Virus record (IMG/VR): IMGVR_UViG_3300042562_001598
Coordinates: 218,193 to 282,192 of that record
Length of the DNA stretch: 64,000 nt
Reading direction: 5' to 3' (one strand)
In this document: positions 10,372-19,492 of the stretch, in pieces
Numbering within the stretch: the stretch's first letter is position 1
How the letters are laid out: each line of letters opens with the position of its first letter
Position numbers and translations under genes: made by a program
Notes under the pieces: model-generated
Seen by the model: only the letters and a program-made list of their open reading frames with translations
Database searches by the model: none
What the model was told of the DNA's origin: nothing

Positions 10372-10398
10372 AACCCCTCCGATAACGAGGGGTTTTTT
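10372..10398 (+). terminator. Rho-independent terminator
   Basis: AACCCCTC-cgataac-GAGGGGTT plus T-run. Confidence 0.8.
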
Positions 10399-10475
10399 AT
10401 TACCTATATATTTTTTTGACAATAAGGTATTATTTACTTACTTTTTTAAAAAATAAACTAAAAATATGTACATTA

Positions 10476-10946
10476 ATGAAAAAAGGAAAAACATCACAGA
10501 TTGATGGATTTGATAATGCAAAAATAACTTACGGAACAGTAGATTCTGTAAATCTAAAATCAATTTATCTTAACATACAAACTTGGGTTGAACCAATAAC
10601 CGAAGTTGAAGATTGGAATAGAATAGTTTTAAACTTAAGTAGAAACATTAAACACTCCATTTACGAGGTTATGAATGAAGATGTATTCACAAAAACTTTT
10701 ATAGTTGATTTAGATTTGAGGTCAAGTGGATTATCAATATTAAAGAAATCATTTATGAATTTAGAAATTAATTTTTATCTTAACGATAGTGAAATTGATT
10801 TTAAAGATGAAAAAATAAGAAAAACATTGTCAAAAATAACATACGAAATATTCAAAGAGAATTTTAAAGATAATAAATATTTTAATTTTTATTTAACTAA
10901 AACATCTAAATTATGTGATAATATGTTAGAAATAGAAAATTCTTAA
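10476..10946 (+). CDS. Hypothetical protein (start reassigned to ATG 10476)
   Basis: ATG in frame with track ORF; the track's TTG start (10416) is part of a TTGACA hexamer. Confidence 0.65.
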   Translation: MKKGKTSQIDGFDNAKITYGTVDSVNLKSIYLNIQTWVEPITEVEDWNRIVLNLSRNIKHSIYEVMNEDVFTKTFIVDLDLRSSGLSILKKSFMNLEINFYLNDSEIDFKDEKIRKTLSKITYEIFKENFKDNKYFNFYLTKTSKLCDNMLEIENS

Positions 10947-10970
10947 TATTTATTAATAAAAACATTTATT

Positions 10971-11705
10971 ATGAGTAATATAGAAATTAATAAAACTAAT
11001 GTCCTTAATAAAAAATTAATTCTAATTGAATACGATGCGGGTTATATTTCACCAAAAGATGAGTATAATTCTAAAATAATTAAAGAGTCTGATGGTATGT
11101 TAGACCATTCAAAACCTTTTGAATTTTACGCTGTATTACAAAAATACGATACCCCTAATAGAAATGGTAGAGTATACCCTAAAAGACTATTAGAAAGAGA
11201 AGCTCAGAATTATAGAAAAATGATTGAGAAAGGAACTGCGTTATCAGAATTAAACCATCCTGAATCATCATTAATTGACTTAGATAGAGTATCACATTTA
11301 ATTACTGATGTATGGTGGGAAGGACCTGCGTTAATCGGTAAAATAAAACTATTAACAACACCAGGTTACCACGAAAGAGGTATTGTATCATCTAAAGGTG
11401 ATTTGGCTGCCAATTATTTAAGACAAGGGGTTACTTTAGGTATCTCATCAAGAGGTGTAGGTTCGCTTAAAAAAGTGGGTGAACAAAATGAAGTTCAAGA
11501 CGACTTTGAACTAATTTGTTTTGACTTAGTTTCATCACCATCAACACCGGGGGCGTATCTATACCATAACGAAGGTGATAGACAGAAATATGATGAAAAC
11601 CTTGACGAAGAAAAAAAGACAACTATAGAGCGACAAGTCGGAAGTAATGGTAATAAATCACTTGACTTAATGAAAAAATTAAACGATTATTTAGGAAACA
11701 AATAA
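10971..11705 (+). CDS. Prohead core protease (T4 gp21-like)
   Basis: NRNGRVYP, ELNHP, GISSRGVGS, FDLVSSPSTPGA motifs. Confidence 0.95.
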   Translation: MSNIEINKTNVLNKKLILIEYDAGYISPKDEYNSKIIKESDGMLDHSKPFEFYAVLQKYDTPNRNGRVYPKRLLEREAQNYRKMIEKGTALSELNHPESSLIDLDRVSHLITDVWWEGPALIGKIKLLTTPGYHERGIVSSKGDLAANYLRQGVTLGISSRGVGSLKKVGEQNEVQDDFELICFDLVSSPSTPGAYLYHNEGDRQKYDENLDEEKKTTIERQVGSNGNKSLDLMKKLNDYLGNK

Positions 11706-11717
11706 ATAAAATATAAT

Positions 11718-11927
11718 ATGGACGAAAAGTACTTTGTTGCAAAAATCGCAATTGATTCAATTGATAATGAATCAGGTAAATTAAAAAAACTTAGAGAAGA
11801 AAAATTAGTTAGGGGTTATAATCCAACTGATGTTGAATCTAAAGTAACCAAAATCTATGAAAACTATAACCTTGCTTGGAGAATTACAGGAATTGTTGAA
11901 AGTAAAATTGACGAGGTAATAGAATAA
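11718..11927 (+). CDS. Small DUF4494-like protein
   Basis: YFVAKI...GKLKKLREEKLV...TDVESKV...I.ESKI.EV resembles Bacteroidota DUF4494. Confidence 0.55.
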   Translation: MDEKYFVAKIAIDSIDNESGKLKKLREEKLVRGYNPTDVESKVTKIYENYNLAWRITGIVESKIDEVIE

Positions 11928-11947
11928 TTATCAATTAAAATTAAATT

Positions 11948-11977
11948 AAAAGAGGACTTATTAAGTCCTCTTTTTTT
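11948..11977 (+). terminator. Rho-independent terminator
   Basis: AAAAGAGGACTT-att-AAGTCCTCTTTT plus T-run. Confidence 0.85.
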
Positions 11978-12071
11978 GTTTATATAAAAAAATATTCATT
12001 TTTAATACAAAAAAAGTGATTTTTTTTAACTTTTTCTTTTTTCTCAATATTTATAATAAATAAAAACAATA

Positions 12072-13439
12072 ATGGCAAAAGAAAAATCTTTAGTTGAGGA
12101 CGCAATCATCCAAATGAGAAATTTGGAAGAAGCTGTTGCGGAAAATGCAAAAGGAATACTTGCTTCTACAATGAAGGAAGAAATCAAAGAACTAGTAAAA
12201 GAATCTCTGACCGAACAAGAAGACGAGATTGACACAGATGTTGAAATGGATTTACCTACGGATGACGAAGGTGATGAAATGGATATTGATAATATTGACG
12301 ATATGGAAGACGAAGAAGACTTTGATGAGTTTGGTGATGACGAAGACGTTATTGACCTAACTGATATTGAAGACGATTCTGAAATCTTACGTGTATTTAG
12401 TTTATTAGGACCTGAAGATAATGTTATAGTTAAGAAAGACGAGACTGGTAACATTAGCTTAAAAGATGGTGATAAAGAATACATGATTGTTGGTGAAAAC
12501 GAAGACGAAGATGCTGACATGGAAATGTTTGAAGGTTTCGGAGAATTTGAAGACGACGAAGAACAAGAAGAAGACGAACTTTACGAAGAAGATGAATTTT
12601 CAAATGAAGATGAATCTATTGACGATATCGTTTCTAAAGTATTTGGAGAAGGTCAAGACTTTGAGGATAATGAACTTGAAGAAAATGATGAAGAAGTTGT
12701 TTACGAAATTGAAATGGACGACGAAGATTTAATGGATGAAGAAGATGAATATCTTGAGGAATCTAAATCAACAATTAAACCTAAAGGTGTTGGTATGGGT
12801 AAACCAAAATTCTCTTATAATTCTAAACCAAATCAAGGAAAAGGTTTCAACACTAAAATGAAAGAAGCCCCTAAATCTGTTGGAACTGGAAAAGCGAAAT
12901 TTGAATTTAAAGAAGACGAAGATTTTGAAAAAATAGAAACTAAAGAAGCTGCTCGCACTATCGGAAATGGTTCTAAATCAGGTCGTGGTCTTAGAAAAGG
13001 TATTACTCCTAATAGAAACTTGGAATTCCCTATTAAAGAAAATACTGACGCTAAAGAACTACAAATCCTTAGAGAAAAAAACGAAGAGTATAGAAAAGCT
13101 TTAAATATTTTCAGAAATAAATTAAATGAGGTTGCTGTTTTTAACTCAAACTTAGCTTACGCTACTCGTTTATTTACTGAATGTACTACTTCAAAACAAG
13201 AAAAAATAAACATATTGAAAAGATTTGATGGTGTTGAAACGATTAAAGAATCTAAAAACTTATATCAAAGTCTTAAAAATGAATTGTCAGTTAAATCTGG
13301 TAAACCAATCAATGAATCTATTGAGTCTAAATTAGACAAAACACATTCAACTGGTTCTGCCGTTAATTTAATTGAATCAAAAACTTACGAAAATCCACAA
13401 TTCCTTAGAATGAAAGATTTGATGAGTAAATTAAAATAA
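12072..13439 (+). CDS. Prohead scaffold/core protein (gp22-like role)
   Basis: Highly acidic, coiled-coil C-terminus; lies between protease and MCP. Confidence 0.75.
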   Translation: MAKEKSLVEDAIIQMRNLEEAVAENAKGILASTMKEEIKELVKESLTEQEDEIDTDVEMDLPTDDEGDEMDIDNIDDMEDEEDFDEFGDDEDVIDLTDIEDDSEILRVFSLLGPEDNVIVKKDETGNISLKDGDKEYMIVGENEDEDADMEMFEGFGEFEDDEEQEEDELYEEDEFSNEDESIDDIVSKVFGEGQDFEDNELEENDEEVVYEIEMDDEDLMDEEDEYLEESKSTIKPKGVGMGKPKFSYNSKPNQGKGFNTKMKEAPKSVGTGKAKFEFKEDEDFEKIETKEAARTIGNGSKSGRGLRKGITPNRNLEFPIKENTDAKELQILREKNEEYRKALNIFRNKLNEVAVFNSNLAYATRLFTECTTSKQEKINILKRFDGVETIKESKNLYQSLKNELSVKSGKPINESIESKLDKTHSTGSAVNLIESKTYENPQFLRMKDLMSKLK

Positions 13440-13470
13440 AAAATAAACATAAAATTAAACAAAAACAAAA

Positions 13471-15315
13471 ATGGGAGCATTATTAGAATCAGGTCTTGTT
13501 GGTAACATCGGACTAAAACACCTTAAAGTTATCAAAGAAGATACTATTAACAAATGGGATAAATTAGGATTCCTAGAAGGTCTTAAAGGACACTTAAGAG
13601 AAAACGTAGCTCAATTATATGAGAACCAAGCGTCTTTCTTGATTAACGAAGCTACTTCAGAAGGTTCATCAGGTTCATTTGAAACTGTTGTATTCCCTAT
13701 CGTAAGAAGAGTTTTCTCAAAATTATTGGCGAATGAAATCGTATCTGTACAAGCAATGAACTTACCAATTGGTAAATTGTTCTTCTTCGTACCTAAAATT
13801 CAAGGTTACAATGGTGGTGTTGAAGGTCAACAATCAGGTGACCACTACGCACCAATAGGTTCTCCAGGAAACTACTCAGGTAGTACAGAAGCTGGATATA
13901 CAGGTGCTGGAGCTTACGCTAAAAATCTTTATGATTTGTTTTATGAAGGTACTGAACCAGGATTGAACCCAGGTGGTTTATTTGATTACTCTAAAGGTAG
14001 ATGGTCAGCTATTACTTCTACAGTAGCTATTCAACAATGGTCTAATGGTAATTTAGTTGACGCTGTAATTTCTGGTACTTCAACAAGTGCTGGTGTTATT
14101 GCTGGAGGTAATACAAGAAAAGTAATTGTAAAACTTTGTGGTTTCCAAGATACTGGAGCTGGTAAATTAATTGGACCTGATGGAAATGAAATGGACACAG
14201 AAACTTTCTTGTCTGATTTAATTATCTACACTGGTTCTGGTTTAACAGTTGCCGCTGGTAGTCCATGTACAGTTTCAACAGGAGCTTTATTGTATAGAGT
14301 TGTTACTCAACAATATGGTCAAGGTATCGTAAATGGTGCTTCAGGAACTAGAACTCAAACTTCTTGGCCAACAAACAACGGTGGTTCATTCCAAAGTCCA
14401 TGTAACGCTAACGGATGTATCTTCTTAGAAGTTGATTTGTCTTGTCCAGCTTGTGCTGATTGTGGTTCTGATTCATTAGATGGATACACTGGAACAACTA
14501 TTTCTACAGGTTTAACTTCATCATCTTTCAACGCTGCTTGGAGACGTTACGAAGAATTAGAATTTGAAGATAAAATCGGTGAGGTTTCATTTGATTTAGA
14601 GTCTGTTACTGTATCTGTTACAGAAAGAAAATTAAGAGCACAATGGTCTCCTGAGTTAGCTCAAGACGTTGCAGCTTTCCATAACATTGATGCTGAAGCA
14701 GAATTAACTGCTTTGTTATCTGAACAAGTTGCGGCAGAGATTGACCGTGAAATCTTAAGAGATTTACGTAAAGGTGCTGCTTGGACTTTGAGATGGGATT
14801 ACAATGGATGGAGAAGAGTAGGAGCTACAACTTCTTATACACAAAAAGACTGGAACCAAACTTTGATTACAGCTATTAACCAATTGTCAGCACAAATTCA
14901 CAAATCTACTTTAAGAGGTGGTGCTAACTGGATTGTAGTTTCTTCTGAGGTTTCTGCTATCTTTGATGACTTAGAGTACTTCCACGTATCTAACGCTTCA
15001 GCTGAACAAGACCAATATAACATGGGTATTGAAAGAGTTGGAACATTAGCTGGTCGTTACCAAGTTTACCGTGACCCTTACTTCCCAGCTAACCAAGTGT
15101 TAATTGGACATAAAGGTACTTCATTGTTAGACACAGGTTATATCTACGCACCATACGTGCCGTTGCAATTAACTCCAACAATGTATAACCCTTTTAACTT
15201 TACTCCAATAAAAGGAATAATGACAAGGTATGCTAAAAAAATGGTAAACAACCGCTTTTACGCCCGAATTACTGTTGATGGTGTTAGAACATTTGATATT
15301 AAAGAATTAAGATAA
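13471..15315 (+). CDS. Major capsid protein (T4 gp23-like) with large insertion
   Basis: PIVRRVF...VSVQAM, RKLRAQWSPELAQD, DAEAEL, EIDREI, YAPYVPL, TRY motifs; strongly biased codon usage. Confidence 0.97.
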   Translation: MGALLESGLVGNIGLKHLKVIKEDTINKWDKLGFLEGLKGHLRENVAQLYENQASFLINEATSEGSSGSFETVVFPIVRRVFSKLLANEIVSVQAMNLPIGKLFFFVPKIQGYNGGVEGQQSGDHYAPIGSPGNYSGSTEAGYTGAGAYAKNLYDLFYEGTEPGLNPGGLFDYSKGRWSAITSTVAIQQWSNGNLVDAVISGTSTSAGVIAGGNTRKVIVKLCGFQDTGAGKLIGPDGNEMDTETFLSDLIIYTGSGLTVAAGSPCTVSTGALLYRVVTQQYGQGIVNGASGTRTQTSWPTNNGGSFQSPCNANGCIFLEVDLSCPACADCGSDSLDGYTGTTISTGLTSSSFNAAWRRYEELEFEDKIGEVSFDLESVTVSVTERKLRAQWSPELAQDVAAFHNIDAEAELTALLSEQVAAEIDREILRDLRKGAAWTLRWDYNGWRRVGATTSYTQKDWNQTLITAINQLSAQIHKSTLRGGANWIVVSSEVSAIFDDLEYFHVSNASAEQDQYNMGIERVGTLAGRYQVYRDPYFPANQVLIGHKGTSLLDTGYIYAPYVPLQLTPTMYNPFNFTPIKGIMTRYAKKMVNNRFYARITVDGVRTFDIKELR

Positions 15316-15337
15316 TCAAATATACTTAATTAAAACT

Positions 15338-15368
15338 AAAGGGACAAGAAATTGTCCCTTTTTTTTTT
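15338..15368. terminator. Terminator between convergent MCP and endonuclease genes
   Basis: AAAGGGACAA-gaaa-TTGTCCCTTT plus long T-run. Confidence 0.85.
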
Positions 15369-16986
15369 ATAATAAAATTTCATATTTTAAATTACCGGTA
15401 TCCCATATTTTATCGTAACCTAATTCAGACATTATTTGAGATTCTGTTTTATTTTTATCATAACCTAACTTAACTAATCTATCTTTTCTATAGTTAAACC
15501 TATGTTCTCTAACATCATATTTTTTAGTATAACTATAATTAGGTTTTGTTTCCCCAATATAATTAAACCCTGTTTTAGAATAAAAACAAAATTCATCTGA
15601 AGGTGACCAATTTCTGTTAGAATATGTTATAATTTTTTTAGGTGAATATTCCTTTATAAAATGTTTTAATAATTTTGTAAATCCACCAACTACATTTACG
15701 GAACAATAACGATATAATTCATATTCATCTATAGTTTTATTTTTATTACCTAAAATTTTTCTTAATGAACCAAATGACATAACGGCAACAATAATATCAT
15801 TATGTTTTAGACCAAAGTATATTGTTGATTTATCATTACCTTGTAAATGGTTAGTCTTAAGAAAATTACTTTTTTCATCACTACTTATAGTTGTTATTTC
15901 ACAATTTCTCGCATAAATTTTAGTATTATTTTTCTTCAATAAATTAGTAATTCTATTTTTTACTATATTTTTCTTTGTTAACCATTCGTCAGAAAAAATA
16001 TGAATTAATTGAATGTTTTTTTCAAGACATTTTAATGTTTTATCTATATGATAATTTTTATGTTTCCCCCTATTTTCTGAGTGCCAATATAATCCATTAT
16101 ATTCTATAGCTATATTATAATCAGGAAAATACAAATCTAATTCAACACCATTTAATTGTTTCTTATCACAAACTTTAACATCAACACCTAATGATTTAAC
16201 ATATTCCTCAATTTCTTTTTCAGATTTACTTCTGTAGTAAAAATTAGTTTCACATTTTAATAAATTAGATACAAATGTGTCTTTTGTTTTTTTAGAAATT
16301 AAAGAGTTTTCGCCAAATTTATTTTTATATTCCTCGGTTGTTATATTATGTGATGACAAATGAGTGTTAGATAACATTTTAAATTGTTCGTCACATAATT
16401 CACAAGTGACATAATTATCTGTTTCATTAAATAACACATCTCTGTCAATAGAATTTGATAACGTTGTGAATAGTTTAAGTTCTGAAGGGAATTTTAACAC
16501 ATAATCACTAATTGAGTTGTGTGCGTTTTCAATATGTTTAGATAACGCCCCGGATTTATTAACAATATCTTTGGTGACCCATCCACATTCTAAACATTTT
16601 ATTGTTGTTGATTCCGGTTTAGTGATTAAATTAAAGTAAGTAAAATGCCAATAATTCCCAGTATCCGTTAAATACATTCTTCTTTTGAATGAAGATGGGA
16701 TAACTTCATTAGGGTAACATTTTTTAATATGATTAGTTACTCCACCACTTTTATTTTCAATGTCATCATATTCTTTACCACAACACTTACAAGATAGTAT
16801 AATATTTTTATTATCTAACTCAATCTTTTTGACCTGTTTATGTTTGATTTGACCACCTTTAGTTTTTAATGGTATGTTATTACTTAATAAAATTTTTTTA
16901 ATTTTAAGTTTACCAACCTTAAATTCTTTAGCCAAGGTCTCAATAGAGACATTATCTTTATACTTTTCAATTATTATATCTTCCAT
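15367..16986 (-). mobile_element. Free-standing Hef-like homing endonuclease with C2H2-type zinc fingers
   Basis: Three CxxC...H fingers; S..EKE, ELDLY, AIEYNGLYWHS, HIFSDEW, KIYAR.C, NHLQG, KIWDTG motifs; oriented opposite to flanking genes. Confidence 0.85.
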
Positions 16987-16993
16987 AAATATA

Positions 16994-17021
16994 ATTATAC
17001 CTAAAAAAGGAATGGAGTCAA
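16994..17021 (-). promoter_or_regulatory. sigma70-like promoter for the endonuclease
   Basis: Minus strand TTGACT-N16-TATAAT, 7 nt upstream of the ATG. Confidence 0.45.
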
Positions 17022-17104
17022 TTTTTTTAACAAAAATATATTTTTTTATTATTTGTATAATAAATTATTATAAACTTTGTGATATTTATTAATAAAAAGA
17101 TTAT

Positions 17105-17698
17105 ATGAAAAATTTATATTCCTTAAATGATGAGGAAAAACAGAGAATATTAAATCTTCACGAGAATGCAACAAAACGTCAATATTTGGGAGAACAATTA
17201 ACTGATGAAACTGGTAAATATACTCCAGTATATAAACCTGAAGTTGGTCCTGATACTCAAGTAGATGCTAGTAAGAAATTTACCCCAGCGGCAATGGCTT
17301 GTATTAAACAATTTGGTGAATATAAACCGGCTAAAACACCTGGTTTTGTTCAGGTTGAAACAGATAAAGCCACTGTATTCTTTAGTAAAGATTATGAAGT
17401 TAGATATCGACCAACCGGTGGTGAAATTATAAAGGGTCAATGGTCTTGTATGAGTAATGTTTTTAATATTAATCTAAACGATGATTCAACTTGGTCAAGG
17501 GCTCAAGGTGGTTGGAAGAATCCGACAATTAATACTAAACCTCAAGTTAAAATAAATCCGGTTTTACAACAAACAATGACGATTAATAAACAAATTCAAC
17601 AAAAACTTGGATTAAAACAAACAGGTAAATTAACTCATAATGAATTGGAAGTTCTAATTAAAACATTAACACCTAACGCTACACCAACTCAACAATAA
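17105..17698 (+). CDS. Hypothetical virion protein with possible C-terminal peptidoglycan-binding helix motif
   Basis: N-terminal EEKQRILNLHE leader; C-terminal IQQKLGLKQTGKL. Confidence 0.55.
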   Translation: MKNLYSLNDEEKQRILNLHENATKRQYLGEQLTDETGKYTPVYKPEVGPDTQVDASKKFTPAAMACIKQFGEYKPAKTPGFVQVETDKATVFFSKDYEVRYRPTGGEIIKGQWSCMSNVFNINLNDDSTWSRAQGGWKNPTINTKPQVKINPVLQQTMTINKQIQQKLGLKQTGKLTHNELEVLIKTLTPNATPTQQ

Positions 17699-17712
17699 AA
17701 ATAAGAAACAAA

Positions 17713-18081
17713 ATGAACAGAAGTTATAGTAAAATTAGACATATTCAAGAAATAAATGTGTTACTTGAAAAAAAATTATTATCTGAACAAACAGGAATTG
17801 GATATGGTAATGAACCAGCGCCAATTGCTGGTGTTACAGACACAGCAACAACACCTGCTGTGACAACAACACCTACTGCAACAACACCTGCCACCACAAC
17901 AACACAATCTACTGAAACACAAACTAAAGAGGTTCAAGGAAAAGAAAAAACGGCAGAATTAGTTGGTACTTTACAAGAATTATTAAAAAACACATATAAA
18001 CAAAATATTGTGGCGGATAAAAAATACGGGTCAAAAACAGCTCAAGCTATTCTTAACACTTTAAAGACATTAAAAAAATAA
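17713..18081 (+). CDS. Small protein with Thr/Pro linker and PG_binding_1-like C-terminus
   Basis: LQELL...IVADKKYGSKTAQAI resembles PGBD LQ..L....DG.YG..T..A; Thr-rich linker. Confidence 0.6.
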   Translation: MNRSYSKIRHIQEINVLLEKKLLSEQTGIGYGNEPAPIAGVTDTATTPAVTTTPTATTPATTTTQSTETQTKEVQGKEKTAELVGTLQELLKNTYKQNIVADKKYGSKTAQAILNTLKTLKK

Positions 18082-18105
18082 AGAGACTATTCGGTCTCTT
18101 TTTTT
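18081..18105. terminator. Terminator between convergent genes
   Basis: AAGAGAC-tattcg-GTCTCTT plus T-run. Confidence 0.7.
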
Positions 18106-18308
18106 GTTATAGTTCTAATTGCTCTAGATATTACCTCACATTCCCCCAATGAATACATCCCACTACTATATCCGTATTTAACGGCTTGAATTAGGAAGTA
18201 GGTTGCGTTATCTTTATCCATTGTGTTTAGAATGGTATCTAAATGTTCTTCATTATACAGAGGTATAGTTTCAAATAATTTACCAAAAAGTTCTTGTTCT
18301 TGTTCCAT
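18087..18308 (-). CDS. Hypothetical protein (likely start MEQEQ at 18308)
   Basis: Internal ATG avoids overlap with the divergent gene. Confidence 0.6.
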   Translation of the reverse strand: MEQEQELFGKLFETIPLYNEEHLDTILNTMDKDNATYFLIQAVKYGYSSGMYSLGECEVISRAIRTITKKETE

Positions 18309-18341
18309 AATATAATTTAATAGTATATTTATAATTATACT

Positions 18342-18758
18342 ATGAAAAATAATAAAATACATATTTCAGAAGCGACAAGTACTTCATCTGGAAGTAGGGG
18401 TTCTTATAACGCTCCATTATCAATTGGTATTAGATTGTTTAATAAACAGGCTATGCAACCATATTATGTACCAACATCAGAGTATGATGACGCTATGTTG
18501 ACATATGATAGTTATGATGGTGAGATGAGTACACCGAAGAAGGTTATTAATAAAATTGAGAAATTGGCTCGTAAGATTGCGAAGAAGGTTAAAGATAATC
18601 CGGTATTAAATGATGATGATGGTGATATTTTAAATAATAAACTTGGTAAAGTTAATGAGTGGATTGAAATAAGAAGTTTTAACGAAGGAAAACACGAAAC
18701 CCGTAATCTACAACAAATAATAAAAGATACTCTATTACAAGAAAGAAAAAACCCCTAA
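18342..18758 (+). CDS. Hypothetical protein
   Basis: ORF preceded by TATTTAT (18326-18332). Confidence 0.65.
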   Translation: MKNNKIHISEATSTSSGSRGSYNAPLSIGIRLFNKQAMQPYYVPTSEYDDAMLTYDSYDGEMSTPKKVINKIEKLARKIAKKVKDNPVLNDDDGDILNNKLGKVNEWIEIRSFNEGKHETRNLQQIIKDTLLQERKNP

Positions 18759-18780
18759 TCTTCAACGACAGGGGTTTTTT
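18746..18780. terminator. Bidirectional terminator
   Basis: AAAAAACCCCT...AGGGGTTTTTT at the convergent gene ends. Confidence 0.7.
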
Positions 18781-19207
18781 GTTTTGGTTTCGGATTCATC
18801 TTACTTAAAATGTTATCTAAAGAATGTTTTATTTGAGATTTCATTTGGTTTTTTAGTTCTTGTCTGAGACTTTCAGTTTTGTTATCATACATAGTTGTCA
18901 TTTTTCTCCAATCTCTATCGGTTAATAAAATGTTACTATAATAAAAAACATGATTGATAACACTAATTTTTTTATTATCAAGAATTACGAATATTCCTAG
19001 TTTACTATTTTTAATATATCTTTCTTCCGATAATGGAGCGATAAAGAACTCAGACTTTGGATGTTTGATTGCGTTACGACAAATAGCAACACAGGTTTTA
19101 GTGTCCGCTAAAATACCTGGGTCAACAACATCATACATATGTTTTAACTTTAATAGTCTTTTTTTAACTATATCTCGTTTGATTAATTTTTTAATATATT
19201 GTATCAT
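18755..19207 (-). CDS. Hypothetical basic protein
   Basis: 150-aa ORF; upstream TATCTTTG (minus, 19232-19239) fits the Bacteroidota -7 element TAnnTTTG. Confidence 0.6.
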   Translation of the reverse strand: MIQYIKKLIKRDIVKKRLLKLKHMYDVVDPGILADTKTCVAICRNAIKHPKSEFFIAPLSEERYIKNSKLGIFVILDNKKISVINHVFYYSNILLTDRDWRKMTTMYDNKTESLRQELKNQMKSQIKHSLDNILSKMNPKPKQKTPVVED

Positions 19208-19254
19208 GGCGGGTGGGGTTTAATTACCATACAAAGATAGAGAATATAACCCAT

Positions 19255-19278
19255 AAAAAAAAGGGAAATTATCCCTTT
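19255..19278 (-). terminator. Terminator after the small unannotated ORF
   Basis: Minus strand AAAGGGA-taatt-TCCCTTTTTTTT. Confidence 0.65.
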
Positions 19279-19306
19279 CTTCTATATTGTAATAAAATAA
19301 TTTTAA

Positions 19307-19471
19307 TTAAGAATTTAATCCATTTCCACCAATAGTAACCGCATTCATTTGAACAACAGTTCCCCCAGTTGTGTTAGAGTATCCCGGATGTGGTGGTACG
19401 ATAATTTGTAAATTCTTATCACAGTCTATTTGACATATAACTGTTTCTGTGTTTGCACTAATTTCACCCAT
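19307..19471 (-). CDS. 54-aa small protein absent from ORF track
   Basis: Manual translation MGEISANTETVICQIDCDKNLQIIVPPHPGYSNTTGGTVVQMNAVTIGGNGLNS*; own TATTTAT (19485-19491), A-rich leader, downstream terminator. Confidence 0.75.
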   Translation of the reverse strand: MGEISANTETVICQIDCDKNLQIIVPPHPGYSNTTGGTVVQMNAVTIGGNGLNS

Positions 19472-19492
19472 TTTGTTTTTATTTATAAATAT

